64,000 bases of DNA from Acutalibacteraceae bacterium (GCA_045578625.1 JAZNKN010000057.1:17-64016), one strand, 5' to 3'. Positions 19,212-28,853 are shown, numbered from the stretch's first letter. The notes: generated by a model not told the origin, from the letters alone. Program-made: numbers and translations.

Positions 19212-20024
19212 GTGGAATATGGGGTGGGACGATTGTTATTGGTCATCAAAAAACGGTGGGTCGCGGTGATCGCCGTATGTACCGCAGTGCTTGTCTGCGT
19301 GCCGTACCTGCTGACGCGGAATACCGCGCTCGACGCGGCATCGTCGAATTGGGGACTCGGCTTTCACGAAAACGGAAAAACACCGACCGGCAACGCCGAT
19401 GCGGCCTTTCTTGCCAAGTATCACGCCTACTACGTCGGCGACACCGACGAGAAGGTGATCTATCTTACCTTCGATGCGGGATACGAAAACGGCTACACCG
19501 CTCCGATCTTGGACGCGCTGAAAAAGCACAAGGTCCCGGCGACTTTTTTTCTCGTCAAGAATTATCTGGACACCGCACCGGAATTGGTAAAACGGATGGC
19601 GGCGGAGGGGCATACTGTCGCTAATCACACCGCCTCGCATCCCGATATGTCCCGCATTGCCGATAAGGCGGCATTCCAAAAGGAACTCACCGATCTGGAA
19701 GCGGCGTATCGGGAGATCACCGGTCAGGAGATGGTCAAATTCTACCGCCCGCCGCAGGGGAAATTCAGCGAGCAGAACCTGCAAATGGCATCGGAGATGG
19801 GCTACCACACCTTTTTCTGGAGCTTAGCGTACGTGGATTGGTACGTGGACCGTCAGCCGACGCGAGAGGAAGCGCTGCAAAAGTTGACCACGCGCATCCA
19901 TCCCGGCGCGATCGTGCTGCTGCACAGCACCTCCGCCACCAACGCCGCGGTACTGGATGAGCTGCTGACAAAATGGGAGGAGATGGGCTACCGCTTCGCC
20001 TCGCTGCAATCGCTGGTGACCTGA
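19212..20024 (+). CDS. Polysaccharide deacetylase, PdaA-like (delta-lactam-biosynthetic de-N-acetylase family)
   Basis: NodB-domain motifs TFDAGYENG and HTVANHTASH after an N-terminal TM helix. The exact start (GTG 19212 or a nearby alternative) is uncertain. Confidence 0.75.
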   Translation: MEYGVGRLLLVIKKRWVAVIAVCTAVLVCVPYLLTRNTALDAASSNWGLGFHENGKTPTGNADAAFLAKYHAYYVGDTDEKVIYLTFDAGYENGYTAPILDALKKHKVPATFFLVKNYLDTAPELVKRMAAEGHTVANHTASHPDMSRIADKAAFQKELTDLEAAYREITGQEMVKFYRPPQGKFSEQNLQMASEMGYHTFFWSLAYVDWYVDRQPTREEALQKLTTRIHPGAIVLLHSTSATNAAVLDELLTKWEEMGYRFASLQSLVT

Positions 20025-20108
20025 CCGAAAAAAGGGGTGTGGATATGCCTCCACACCCCGTCCGCCGTCATATACTGAACTAAAACCCGACGGAAGGGAC
20101 GGATCACC

Positions 20109-20459
20109 ATGACGGAAACGGTCTTTTATGTTGCCGGTCTGCTGTTGGCGGTATACGGTGCGGGGGAGCTGCTGTGGCGCATCGTCGGTCGCCTGTTCGC
20201 TTTTGAAGAGGAGGAGCGGGTGTATCTGTTGGTGCCGATGAGCGGCGAGCGCAGCGACGCGGAATATCAGGTGCGGCGCGCGCGTCTGCTGTGCCGCGGC
20301 GGTGCGGTGCAGCCGGTCTTATTGGATGACGGGCTGACACCGCAAAGCGCCGCACTGACCCGTGAGATCTGCGAAAAGCTGAACGCGGACTTCGTCGATA
20401 AAAAAGAATGGCAGGAAATCTTACAAACCGCTTTACAAGACGAAAAAAAGGGAGTATAA
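20109..20459 (+). CDS. Hypothetical small membrane protein
   Basis: 116 aa with an N-terminal hydrophobic helix, SD GAAGGGA and GC-typical codon usage. I recognised no family. Confidence 0.45.
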   Translation: MTETVFYVAGLLLAVYGAGELLWRIVGRLFAFEEEERVYLLVPMSGERSDAEYQVRRARLLCRGGAVQPVLLDDGLTPQSAALTREICEKLNADFVDKKEWQEILQTALQDEKKGV

Positions 20460-20498
20460 TCAAAACCGAAAATATGTTCGGTTTTGGAGAGGTACGCT

Positions 20499-22706
20499 AT
20501 GGCGAACGAGGAACGCCTGTCCGGTGTGGTCGAGCGCGTGGTATTCCGCAACGCGGAAAACGGCTGGACGGTACTGGAGCTGGCGGCGGAGGACGAATTT
20601 CATAAGGTCGTCGGTATCCTTCCCGCGATCGAGGCGGGGGAGTACCTGCAGCTGACGGGCGAATGGGGCGAGCATCCCCGATTCGGTCGTCAGTTTGTGA
20701 TGAAGTCCTACGAACACAAGCTCCCCGCCGACACCGATTCGGTGTTCCGTTATCTGGCGTCGGGTGCCATCAAGGGCATCGGACCGGCCACGGCATCCTC
20801 CATCGTCGCGCGCTTCGGCGCGGATACCCTGCGGGTGATGGAGGAGGAGCCGGAACGGTTGGTGGAGGTGCGCGGTATCACCGCTGCGCGGGCGCAAAAG
20901 ATCGCGCAGGCGTACCGCGAGCAGTTTGGTCTGCGCGAGGTCATTTTGGCCTTTGCCGCGTATGGGCTCACCCAGAGCGAAGCCCTGCGCTGTTGGAAGC
21001 GGTGGGGCGCAGCCACGGTGGATACTGTTCGTAAAGACCCCTACTGCTTGTGCGCCCCGGGTCTGCGCATCGGCTTTGAGCGCGCCGACCGCATCTGTAT
21101 GGGCATGGACCGCCCACCGGACGATCCGCACCGCGTGGAGGCCGGCATCCTGCACGTGCTGCGTCACAATCTGCACAACGGTCATACCTGCCTGCCGCAG
21201 GACAAGCTGGTTGCTGCAGCAGTGCTGCTGCTCGGCGTGGGTGAGCCATTGGTGGTGCAGGTGCTGGACGATATGTGCCACGCCTTCACCGTCCGCACCG
21301 AAATCTTTGACGACCGCCGCTTTATCTTCCTGCCGGATCTGCACATGGCAGAGAAATATATTGCCTCACGCATTCGGCTGATGACTGGCTTTCACACCGC
21401 CATTACCCCGCTTATCGAGAAAAATCTGGAGACCGCCGAACGCAAAAACGGCATCAAATATCAGGTACAGCAGCGTCTGGCGATCCTGTCTGCTATTGAA
21501 AAGGGCGTGCTGATCCTCACCGGTGGTCCCGGTACCGGTAAGACCACCACTCTCCGCGCGATCATTATGCTGTTGGAGGGGTTGGGCGAGCGCGTGGAGA
21601 TCGCCGCCCCCACCGGTCGTGCCGCCAAGCGGATGTCGGAGCTGACCGGCTGTGAGGCGCGTACCATCCACCGCTTGCTGGAGGTGCAGTGGGACGGTAC
21701 GGACACGCCGGTATTTGAACGCAACGAAAAGAACCCCCTCGACGCGGATGCGCTCATCGTGGACGAGATGTCGATGGTGGATACCCTGCTGTTTGATAAC
21801 CTGTTGCGCGCACTGCGCCCCGGCTGCCGTCTCATTCTGGTGGGTGATACCGATCAGCTGCCCGCGGTCGGCGCGGGTCGTGTGCTGCACGACTTGATCG
21901 AGAGTCGCACCCTGCCGATGGTGGAACTGACCGAGGTATTTCGTCAGGCCCTGCAAAGTGAGATCGTGGCCAACGCGCACCGCATCGTGGGCGGTGATAT
22001 GCCGGTGCTCACCGGCAAGACCGGCGATTTCTTCTTCCTGCCGCAGCGCAGCACGGAGGACACCGCCGAGACGGTGGTGGATCTCTGCGTACGTCGCTTG
22101 CCCGCCGGCTACGGTACCAGTGTGTTCAACGGTATTCAGGTGCTGAGCCCCGGCAGAAAGGGCGAGATCGGTACCGCCCACCTCAACGAGCTGTTGCAGG
22201 CGGCGCTCAACCCGCCGGACGACAAAAAACACGAATGGCGCGGCGAGAACGGTCTGCTGCGTGAGGGCGATAAGGTGATGCACATCCGCAACGATTACGA
22301 CATCGTCTGGACGCGGGACACGGGGGAGACCGGTACCGGCGTATTTAACGGTGATATCGGCTTGTTGGAGGAGATCAACCTGCGCGACCAGACCATGCGG
22401 GTACGCTACGACGACCGCGTGGCGCTGTACACGTGGGATCAGGCGCAGGAGCTGGAACCGGCCTATGCCATCACGGTACACAAAAGTCAGGGAAGCGAAT
22501 TTGACACCGTGGTTATTCCGGTGTACCGTAATCCGTCGCTGCTGTGCTACCGCAACCTGCTGTACACCGCGGTAACGCGGGCAAAGAATTTGCTGGTGCT
22601 GGTGGGCAGCCGCGAAACGATTCGGGCGATGGTGGATAACGACCGCAAAACACTGCGATACACCGGTCTATGCCGCTTTCTGCAGGATGCACAGCAACTG
22701 TTTTGA
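20499..22706 (+). CDS. recD2: RecD2-like SF1B ATP-dependent DNA helicase
   Basis: Walker A GGPGTGKTT, Walker B LIVDEMSM, and a C-terminal AITVHKSQGSEF motif. The ATG at 20499 follows GGAGAG. Confidence 0.85.
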   Translation: MANEERLSGVVERVVFRNAENGWTVLELAAEDEFHKVVGILPAIEAGEYLQLTGEWGEHPRFGRQFVMKSYEHKLPADTDSVFRYLASGAIKGIGPATASSIVARFGADTLRVMEEEPERLVEVRGITAARAQKIAQAYREQFGLREVILAFAAYGLTQSEALRCWKRWGAATVDTVRKDPYCLCAPGLRIGFERADRICMGMDRPPDDPHRVEAGILHVLRHNLHNGHTCLPQDKLVAAAVLLLGVGEPLVVQVLDDMCHAFTVRTEIFDDRRFIFLPDLHMAEKYIASRIRLMTGFHTAITPLIEKNLETAERKNGIKYQVQQRLAILSAIEKGVLILTGGPGTGKTTTLRAIIMLLEGLGERVEIAAPTGRAAKRMSELTGCEARTIHRLLEVQWDGTDTPVFERNEKNPLDADALIVDEMSMVDTLLFDNLLRALRPGCRLILVGDTDQLPAVGAGRVLHDLIESRTLPMVELTEVFRQALQSEIVANAHRIVGGDMPVLTGKTGDFFFLPQRSTEDTAETVVDLCVRRLPAGYGTSVFNGIQVLSPGRKGEIGTAHLNELLQAALNPPDDKKHEWRGENGLLREGDKVMHIRNDYDIVWTRDTGETGTGVFNGDIGLLEEINLRDQTMRVRYDDRVALYTWDQAQELEPAYAITVHKSQGSEFDTVVIPVYRNPSLLCYRNLLYTAVTRAKNLLVLVGSRETIRAMVDNDRKTLRYTGLCRFLQDAQQLF

Positions 22707-22764
22707 ACAAAAAAGAGACCGCCGAGCACTGGACTGTATCCCGAAAAACGGACATTGAATAAAA

Positions 22765-22805
22765 GAACCCCCTGCTGTAGAATTAGAAACTACGACAGGG
22801 GGTTC
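22765..22805. terminator. Bidirectional stem-loop terminator (recD2 / histidine kinase convergent pair)
   Basis: gaaccccctgctgtag…ctacgacagggggttc forms a 16-nt-arm hairpin between convergent genes. Confidence 0.6.
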
Positions 22806-22955
22806 CGTTATATCAAAGTGAGAAACACACGGTGGCGTAAAACGCCTTGCCGCACTTGGTCTCGAACAGTTTGGTAAAGATGATCTGCATGGAAAACAGC
22901 AGCGCCGAACCGATCGGCAGATAATGCATCCTAGGAAGCACATCCGATCCGAAGG

Positions 22956-24413
22956 TTATTTTTGTGTCAGTTCAAAAAAGAAACGTACGCCGGCTTCGGT
23001 GTTTTCGACACCGTACGGCATGGCGTGAGCCTTCATAATGGCAGCGACCACCGACAAGCCTATGCCGGTACCGCCGTAGGCGCGGGTGCGCGCCTTGTCC
23101 ACCTTGTAAAAGCTTTCCCAGAGGTGGGGAAGATCCTCCTCCGGAATGATCTCGCCGGTGTTGAATACCGCAATGCGCACGGTATCCTGCGGCGTGGTCT
23201 CCCACGTGACGCGGATCTCGCCGCCCGGTGTGACGTGGTTCAAGGCGTTGGTCAGGTAGTTGATCGCCACGTTTTCGATCAGCTCGGCATCGCCCCACGC
23301 CTGACAAGGTGCTTCGGGCAGCGGTGTCGCTACCGCCTGCCGTTCCTCGATCAGCGGCGCAAACCGTGTGAGCAGCCGTTCGAACAGCGCCTTGATGTCG
23401 AAGCGGCCGATGACCAGTTCTTCGTTGCCGGACTCCAGCTGCATCAGCGTTGTCAGCGTGGAGAGCATCTGCGTCAGCTTTTGCGCTTCATCCTCAATGA
23501 CACCGCAATAGTAATCGCGGCTTTCGGGGTCGTCCACCGCGTTCTCGTGCAGTGCCTCGGCATATGTCTGAATGAGCGCCAGCGGTGTTTTTAATTCGTG
23601 CGATACGTTGCGGATAAAGCGCGTGCGCGCCTCGTTTTGCTGTGCCTGCAGTGCCATATCGCCCTGCAAGCGCAGGTTGGCGGTTTTCAGCTCGGACAGG
23701 TTGGTTTCCAGCGCCAACGACACGGTGTTGAGGTTCTTACCGAGCTCGGTCAGCTCGTCTTGTCCATAACCGACGTAGCGATCGGAAAAATCCAACTGCG
23801 TCATACGCCGCGCCATCGTGGACAGCTTGCGCATCGGTCGGGTGAGTGACCGCGAAAGCAGCAGTGCCGCCAGACCGCCCACAAGCAGTGCCACCAACGC
23901 CGACCACAGCAGGAAACGGTTGGTAATGGCGGTGCTGGATTGCGCTTCGGACAGCGAGACCCACAACAGCAGATTGAGACCGTCTGAGGTGCGCGCCTGC
24001 AGCGTCAGCCACCGACCGCCGGTATTGGCCAGCGGCGGCGTGGCGTTGGTGATGACAAAGGTGCCGTCCTCCAACTCCAAGGGCGATGCGGTCATGCCGG
24101 AGGAGTGTGGCAGATCGATCTGTCGGGAGGTATACAAGATCTGTCGGTCGGACCACAGCATCGCCTGAATGCCGTGCTGCGCGTCGTACCCCTCAAGCAG
24201 CCCGATCAGCGTGCGCGGTGAGCGCGGTGCGTCGTTGACCTCCTCATAGGTATCAATGAGCAGCTGGCTCTGTTCCTGCTCATAGTATTCTAAAAAAGCA
24301 AAGCTGTTGAGCAGCCAATTGACCAGCACCAACAGCAAAATACACAGCACGAAAACACCCATTACCTTACCGGCAATGGAATGGAAAAACCGGGTGATCG
24401 GATTGGTCTTCAT
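22956..24413 (-). CDS. Two-component sensor histidine kinase
   Basis: Two TM segments, a HAMP-like linker, H-box FIRNVSHELKTPL and G-box GGTGIGLSVV. Confidence 0.85.
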   Translation of the reverse strand: MKTNPITRFFHSIAGKVMGVFVLCILLLVLVNWLLNSFAFLEYYEQEQSQLLIDTYEEVNDAPRSPRTLIGLLEGYDAQHGIQAMLWSDRQILYTSRQIDLPHSSGMTASPLELEDGTFVITNATPPLANTGGRWLTLQARTSDGLNLLLWVSLSEAQSSTAITNRFLLWSALVALLVGGLAALLLSRSLTRPMRKLSTMARRMTQLDFSDRYVGYGQDELTELGKNLNTVSLALETNLSELKTANLRLQGDMALQAQQNEARTRFIRNVSHELKTPLALIQTYAEALHENAVDDPESRDYYCGVIEDEAQKLTQMLSTLTTLMQLESGNEELVIGRFDIKALFERLLTRFAPLIEERQAVATPLPEAPCQAWGDAELIENVAINYLTNALNHVTPGGEIRVTWETTPQDTVRIAVFNTGEIIPEEDLPHLWESFYKVDKARTRAYGGTGIGLSVVAAIMKAHAMPYGVENTEAGVRFFFELTQK

Positions 24414-24415
24414 GC

Positions 24416-25087
24416 TTACCCCTCAAATTTATAGCCGATGCCGCGGATGGTTTTGATCATCTCGCCGGCTTCGCCCAATTTACTGCGCAGCTTTTTAATG
24501 TGAGTGTCAACCGTGCGGGCATCGCCGTCATAGTCGTAGCGCCACACGTTATCCAAAATACGGTCGCGCGAAAGCGCCAACCCTTTGTTTGTCATGAGGT
24601 ATTCCAGCAGTTCGAATTCCGTATAGGTCAGCTGTACGGGGGCGCCGCCCACCGTTATCTCGCGAGCCAGACGGTCCACGTGCAGCAAGGCGGGAGCAAC
24701 CTCCGCCTCCGGTTGACCGCTGTTGCGGCGCAGCACCGCTTCGATGCGCGCCAGCAGGATCTTGAGGCTGAACGGCTTGGCAATGTATTCGTCCGCGCCC
24801 AATTCAAAGCCCTGCAGCTCGTCTGCCTCCTCGCTGCGCGCGGTCAGCAGGATGATCGGCGTGACGGTGTCCGTCTGCCGAATGGTGCGGCACACCTCCC
24901 AACCGTTCATGCGGGGCATCATCACGTCCAGTAAGACCAGTGCGGGACGTGCCGTGCGGAACTGCTCAATGGCTTCTACGCCATCCGCGGCCTCGACCGT
25001 GTGATAGTTTTTGATATGCAGATAGTCGGCGATGACGCGGCGCATCCGTTCCTCGTCATCCACGATAAGAATGGTAGGCTTGTCCAT
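24416..25087 (-). CDS. OmpR-family response regulator
   Basis: Receiver domain (ILIVDDE, LVLLDVMMP) plus a winged-helix C-terminus (IKTIRGIGYKF). It sits 2 nt upstream of the kinase gene. Confidence 0.9.
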   Translation of the reverse strand: MDKPTILIVDDEERMRRVIADYLHIKNYHTVEAADGVEAIEQFRTARPALVLLDVMMPRMNGWEVCRTIRQTDTVTPIILLTARSEEADELQGFELGADEYIAKPFSLKILLARIEAVLRRNSGQPEAEVAPALLHVDRLAREITVGGAPVQLTYTEFELLEYLMTNKGLALSRDRILDNVWRYDYDGDARTVDTHIKKLRSKLGEAGEMIKTIRGIGYKFEG

Positions 25088-25097
25088 ACGCTCCTCC

Positions 25098-25688
25098 TTA
25101 CGGCAGATCGATGACGATCTGCTCCGGCACGTGGCGCAGGGTAGCGCTGCCGGAGAGGATACCGATCAGGCTCTGGTACAACAGCAGCGGATCGTCCAAA
25201 AAGCGGTCGCGCACCTGCTGTGCCTGCAGCTCGTCGCCCACCAGCAGTTCAAACCGCAGAAGCGGCACGGCAGTTCCCACCGAGCAGGTCACCTTCCAGC
25301 CACCCTCGGCGGCGGGGGCGATCTCGGCGTGGTTGTCGCGTTCGTTGCGCTGACGTGCCAACAGCCGCAGTGCGGCGTTGACCGAGCGCTCGCGCAGAGT
25401 ATAGGGGATCATATCCGCCAGCGTGGTCGCCGCGTGGCGACCGGCCTCGGTCACAGACAGCAGGCCGCCGTCCGTCTCGGACAGGTTGTCACGCTCCAGC
25501 AGATCGTCGATGGCGGCGCTGGCGTCAAAGAAGTTCGCCATACCGTCGCCGCTTAAAATATCCAATACCGCGGTGCGGGGGAGCGGTTCACGCACCCCGC
25601 TGAGCATATAGCAGATGAGTATTTTGATCTCGTGGTGAGAATGCAGACCGCCGGGTTCTACGCCGGCCGAAAATGCGTCGCGTTGCAT
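25098..25688 (-). CDS. DUF4364-like protein
   Basis: 196 aa, with EIKILICYML…PL…L resembling DUF4364 family proteins of Clostridia. The call is from memory only. Confidence 0.45.
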   Translation of the reverse strand: MQRDAFSAGVEPGGLHSHHEIKILICYMLSGVREPLPRTAVLDILSGDGMANFFDASAAIDDLLERDNLSETDGGLLSVTEAGRHAATTLADMIPYTLRERSVNAALRLLARQRNERDNHAEIAPAAEGGWKVTCSVGTAVPLLRFELLVGDELQAQQVRDRFLDDPLLLYQSLIGILSGSATLRHVPEQIVIDLP

Positions 25689-25856
25689 AAAACGATCACC
25701 TCAAAACGTATTGTAGCATACTTTTTCAAAAAAAGATACAAAAAAATGCACATTATAGTGCAAGCGTGAAAAATGCGCCGGCGGGGATTTACATTTTTGA
25801 AAAACTGTGGTATCCTATGAAAGAAGAGCATCCAAGCTTACAGATTAAGGAGATGC

Positions 25857-27326
25857 ATGGCAATGAAGAAACTGACAGCGTATGTGACGGCGATCCTGTT
25901 GCTTCTCAGCCTGCCGGTGCTTGGCGTGTCGGCAGATGAAACGACGACCACCACAACGACGGAGACTACCACGACCACCGCACAGACCACAACGACTGTG
26001 ACCGAGTCCGAGACCACAACGACGACCACAACGGAGGTCACCACGACCACCACCGGCACGACCGGCGTCACGCAGATCGAGCCGCAGACGTTGGAGGTCG
26101 AATTGGACGTCAGTGTTCAGGGAAACGGCCTGTTCGCCATCACCGCTACCGACCGTGAGGGCCGGCCGGTCGCCGGTTATCGGCTGTATGTGCAGGTCGG
26201 TGCGATGACCTTCAATAACGCCGTGACCAACGCCAACGGCGTGTACAACTGCCTCAACCGTTGGAATGCTAACGATAAGCTGACCTACGGCAGCTACGGC
26301 GATGCGGCGCAGGTCATCGGCATCAACACGTATTTGCCGGTTGCGCGCGTGACGATCGCGAACCCCAACGCCCCGACCACCGCCGGGACGACGGTTTCTA
26401 CTACCACTACGACCGCCGGTCAGACTACCACGACCGCCAAGCAGGAGACGACCTCCACCGAGGAAGTCACCGGCACGACCACCACGGTCGTCGAAGCCGG
26501 CAGCACCACCGTCGGTCTGATCTTCGGTGATCGCACCACCGCCTACAGGGGGGACAAGGTGCTGACCAACGTGGTGACCGATAACACCGTTCTCACGCAG
26601 TTCGGCTATGAGCGGCAGGCGTTTCTGGCCAATGCCGGTCTTGAGATTTCCAAAAAGGATTACGGCGCGATCGCCGGTAATTTCGGTAACTACACCGTGA
26701 TGCTGAACGTCGGCGCGGCAACGGTCATCCCGTCCACGACGATGCTGGAGGCCGCTCTCAAGGATTCCGGGACCTACGGTCATTACCAGATGAACGACCA
26801 TCAGGTCACCACCTTCCACTTGTCTCTGATCGTGTTGGATTCCACCGGCGAGGTCGTGCCGCAGAGCAATTATCCCGCCAACGCGACGTACGTGATCCAG
26901 TTGCCGGTGCCGGAGTCGATGAAGGATGCCGACGAGCTGGCCATTACGATCCCCGCGGAAAACGGTCTGCAAACGCCGGTGCCCGTCGAGGTGCACGACG
27001 GCTGCATCCGCCTGCAGGTCAACGCGCTTCCCGAAAACTACACGCTGATCGCCTTTGCCAAGGAAGAGCAGGGCTCGGATGTGTTCAGCCTGATCCTGTA
27101 CATTGTGGGCGGTCTGCTGCTGATCGGTGCCGGTCTGCTGCTGTACTTTTTCGTGTTCCGCAAGCCGAAGCCGGCTGCCGAGGAAAACCAGGATGAGGTA
27201 GACGTGCCGGAGATTGCCGCGCTGCCTCAGGATGATGAGGACAACATCTTCAGTGGCCGCACCGATATCCCCGCCGTGGACCCTGCGCCGACGCAGGAAC
27301 CGATCCCGCCCTCGGATGAGGAATAA
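25857..27326 (+). CDS. Thr-rich secreted protein with C-terminal TM anchor
   Basis: It has a signal peptide, poly-Thr linkers (TTTTTTTETTTTTAQTTTTV…), Ig/carboxypeptidase-regulatory-like segments, and a TM helix (LILYIVGGLLLIGAGLLLYFFVF) followed by an acidic tail. Confidence 0.7.
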   Translation: MAMKKLTAYVTAILLLLSLPVLGVSADETTTTTTTETTTTTAQTTTTVTESETTTTTTTEVTTTTTGTTGVTQIEPQTLEVELDVSVQGNGLFAITATDREGRPVAGYRLYVQVGAMTFNNAVTNANGVYNCLNRWNANDKLTYGSYGDAAQVIGINTYLPVARVTIANPNAPTTAGTTVSTTTTTAGQTTTTAKQETTSTEEVTGTTTTVVEAGSTTVGLIFGDRTTAYRGDKVLTNVVTDNTVLTQFGYERQAFLANAGLEISKKDYGAIAGNFGNYTVMLNVGAATVIPSTTMLEAALKDSGTYGHYQMNDHQVTTFHLSLIVLDSTGEVVPQSNYPANATYVIQLPVPESMKDADELAITIPAENGLQTPVPVEVHDGCIRLQVNALPENYTLIAFAKEEQGSDVFSLILYIVGGLLLIGAGLLLYFFVFRKPKPAAEENQDEVDVPEIAALPQDDEDNIFSGRTDIPAVDPAPTQEPIPPSDEE

Positions 27327-27388
27327 CCGCATAGTAAAAGCCTGCCGCGAGAAGCACTCGCGGCAGGCTTTTTTGTGTTTATTGCGGA

Positions 27389-28585
27389 TCAGAGCAGCCC
27401 GCGGATGGTATCGCACAGCACCTTGATGCCGCGTTCGATCTGCTCCTCCGACGGCGTGGAATAGTTGAGTCGGAATGAGGAGGAGGGAGCGGATTCGTCG
27501 CAGCTGAAGGTGGTGCCCGGTACGACGAAGATGCCCTGCGCCGACAGCGCACCGACCACGTCCTTCAGCGCCACGCGCTCCGGCAGCGTACACCACAGGA
27601 ACAGACCGCCGTCGGGTCGGGTATACTGCACTTCCTTCGGCATATACCGATCCAGCATCTCCAGCATCAGTCCGCACTTGCGGCGGTACAGCTCGCGGAT
27701 GGTGAGAATATGCTGCTCCATATTGCATTCCTGCATATACCGTGCGCACAGCATCTGGAAGAAGATGTTGGTATGAACGTCCTCCACCTGCTTGGCGATG
27801 ACCATCTTCTGCATCAGCTCTTCATTGCCGCAGGCATAGCCTACGCGCATACCGGCCGAGAGGATCTTGGAGAAGGTGCTGCAATACAGCACGCGGCCGT
27901 CGGTGTCCATGCTCTTGATGGTGGGGATCTCCTCACCCGCAAAGCGCAGATCGCCGTAGGGGTTATCCTCCAGGATCAGCACGTCGTACTGCTGCGCCAG
28001 TGCGTACACCGCCTTGCGCTTTTCCAGCGACATCGTGATGCCCGCCGGATTGTGGAAGGTGGGGATGAGGTACAAAAAGCGTGCGTTGGGGTTCGCTTTC
28101 AGCGCCGCCTCCAGACCGGCGATGCTGATGCCGTCCTCCTCCAGCTCCACGCCCACCGGCTTGGCGCCTAGCGAACGGAACGCGTTGAGCGCGCCGATGA
28201 AGCTCGGGTTTTCGCAGATGACGACGTCACCCTCGTTGCACATGACCTTGCAGCACAGCTCGATGGCCTGCTGACCGCCTGAGGTGATCAGCGTCATATT
28301 GTTGTCGGTATCGATGCCGAAGCGCTCCTTCAGGCGGTTGGCGACCAGCTCGCGCAGGGGCGGATAGCCCTCGGTCACGCTGTACTGCAGCGCGTTGGTC
28401 GAGTCGCCGGCGAAGATATCGGCTGCCAGCTTGGACAGCTCCTCCACAGGGAAGGACTCCGGTGCGGGATTGCCCGCGGCAAAAGAAATCGCTCCCGGCA
28501 TACCCAGGCTTTTGAAAATTTCCCGGATGGCGGAAGGCTTCATATTTTGCATTTTTTTAGAGAAATTCAGTTCCATTTTTATCAC
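27389..28585 (-). CDS. PLP-dependent aminotransferase, class I/II fold
   Basis: 398 aa with KPSAIREIF, FAAGNP and STFSKILSAGMRVGY (PLP lysine block). The start is uncertain (GTG 28585 or ATG 28576). Confidence 0.8.
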   Translation of the reverse strand: MIKMELNFSKKMQNMKPSAIREIFKSLGMPGAISFAAGNPAPESFPVEELSKLAADIFAGDSTNALQYSVTEGYPPLRELVANRLKERFGIDTDNNMTLITSGGQQAIELCCKVMCNEGDVVICENPSFIGALNAFRSLGAKPVGVELEEDGISIAGLEAALKANPNARFLYLIPTFHNPAGITMSLEKRKAVYALAQQYDVLILEDNPYGDLRFAGEEIPTIKSMDTDGRVLYCSTFSKILSAGMRVGYACGNEELMQKMVIAKQVEDVHTNIFFQMLCARYMQECNMEQHILTIRELYRRKCGLMLEMLDRYMPKEVQYTRPDGGLFLWCTLPERVALKDVVGALSAQGIFVVPGTTFSCDESAPSSSFRLNYSTPSEEQIERGIKVLCDTIRGLL

Positions 28586-28630
28586 CGCTTTTCAGTATAG
28601 CACGCTGCCGCGGCTTGTGCAATAAAAAGT

Positions 28631-28659
28631 TTGACATCGCCCGTAATTTATGATACAAT
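28631..28659 (+). promoter_or_regulatory. Consensus sigma-A promoter of the metY-metA leader
   Basis: TTGACA (28631-36), an exact 17-bp spacer, then TACAAT (28654-59). Confidence 0.7.
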
Positions 28660-28685
28660 GACGAAAACCGAAAGGGGGCGGCAGT

Positions 28686-28775
28686 ATGCAGCAGTTTCGA
28701 ATGTCGAACGGCATGGGCATGATGAACATGTGCATGGTGCTTTCGCCTGCCTTCTGCCGGTTTGCCGAGCGCTGA
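28686..28775 (+). CDS. Candidate Met-rich leader peptide (29 aa: MQQFRMSNGMGMMNMCMVLSPAFCRFAER)
   Basis: SD AAGGGGG lies 6-8 nt upstream. There are 7 ATG codons, 6 of them within codons 6-17. It sits between a consensus promoter and a terminator in front of methionine biosynthesis genes, and is below the ORF-track size cutoff. Confidence 0.45.
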   Translation: MQQFRMSNGMGMMNMCMVLSPAFCRFAER

Positions 28776-28791
28776 TCTCTCGGCATATGGG

Positions 28792-28831
28792 GGCAACCGG
28801 GCGGCGAGGCATCTCGTTGCCTTTTCTTTTT
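28792..28831 (+). terminator. Leader terminator upstream of metY
   Basis: ggcaac…(inner cgag-gcat-ctcg)…gttgcc followed by TTTTCTTTTT, ending 23 nt before the metY ATG. Confidence 0.55.
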
Positions 28832-28853
28832 ATCGCAGAAAGGAAGCGTTTTT

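Noticed and set aside
22813-22929. 38-aa minus-strand ORF (MHYLPIGSALLFSMQIIFTKLFETKCGKAFYATVCFSL) downstream of the histidine kinase gene
   Set aside because: It has no convincing SD and no paralog or motif. It could be a remnant fragment, and the evidence is insufficient to call it a gene.
25845-27749. 634-aa minus-strand ORF, the longest in this part of the track
   Set aside because: It runs antisense across the Thr-rich surface protein gene and into the aminotransferase gene. Its product is Arg/Gly/His-rich low complexity with no motif or SD. It is a typical GC-rich antisense artefact.
28660-28853. Expected S-box (SAM-I) riboswitch or Met T-box in the metY leader
   Set aside because: I could not find the conserved S-box core (…TTATCAAGAG…GGNGAGGGA…) or a T-box sequence or specifier-loop arrangement by eye. 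A covariance-model search is still needed to exclude other SAM riboswitch classes.
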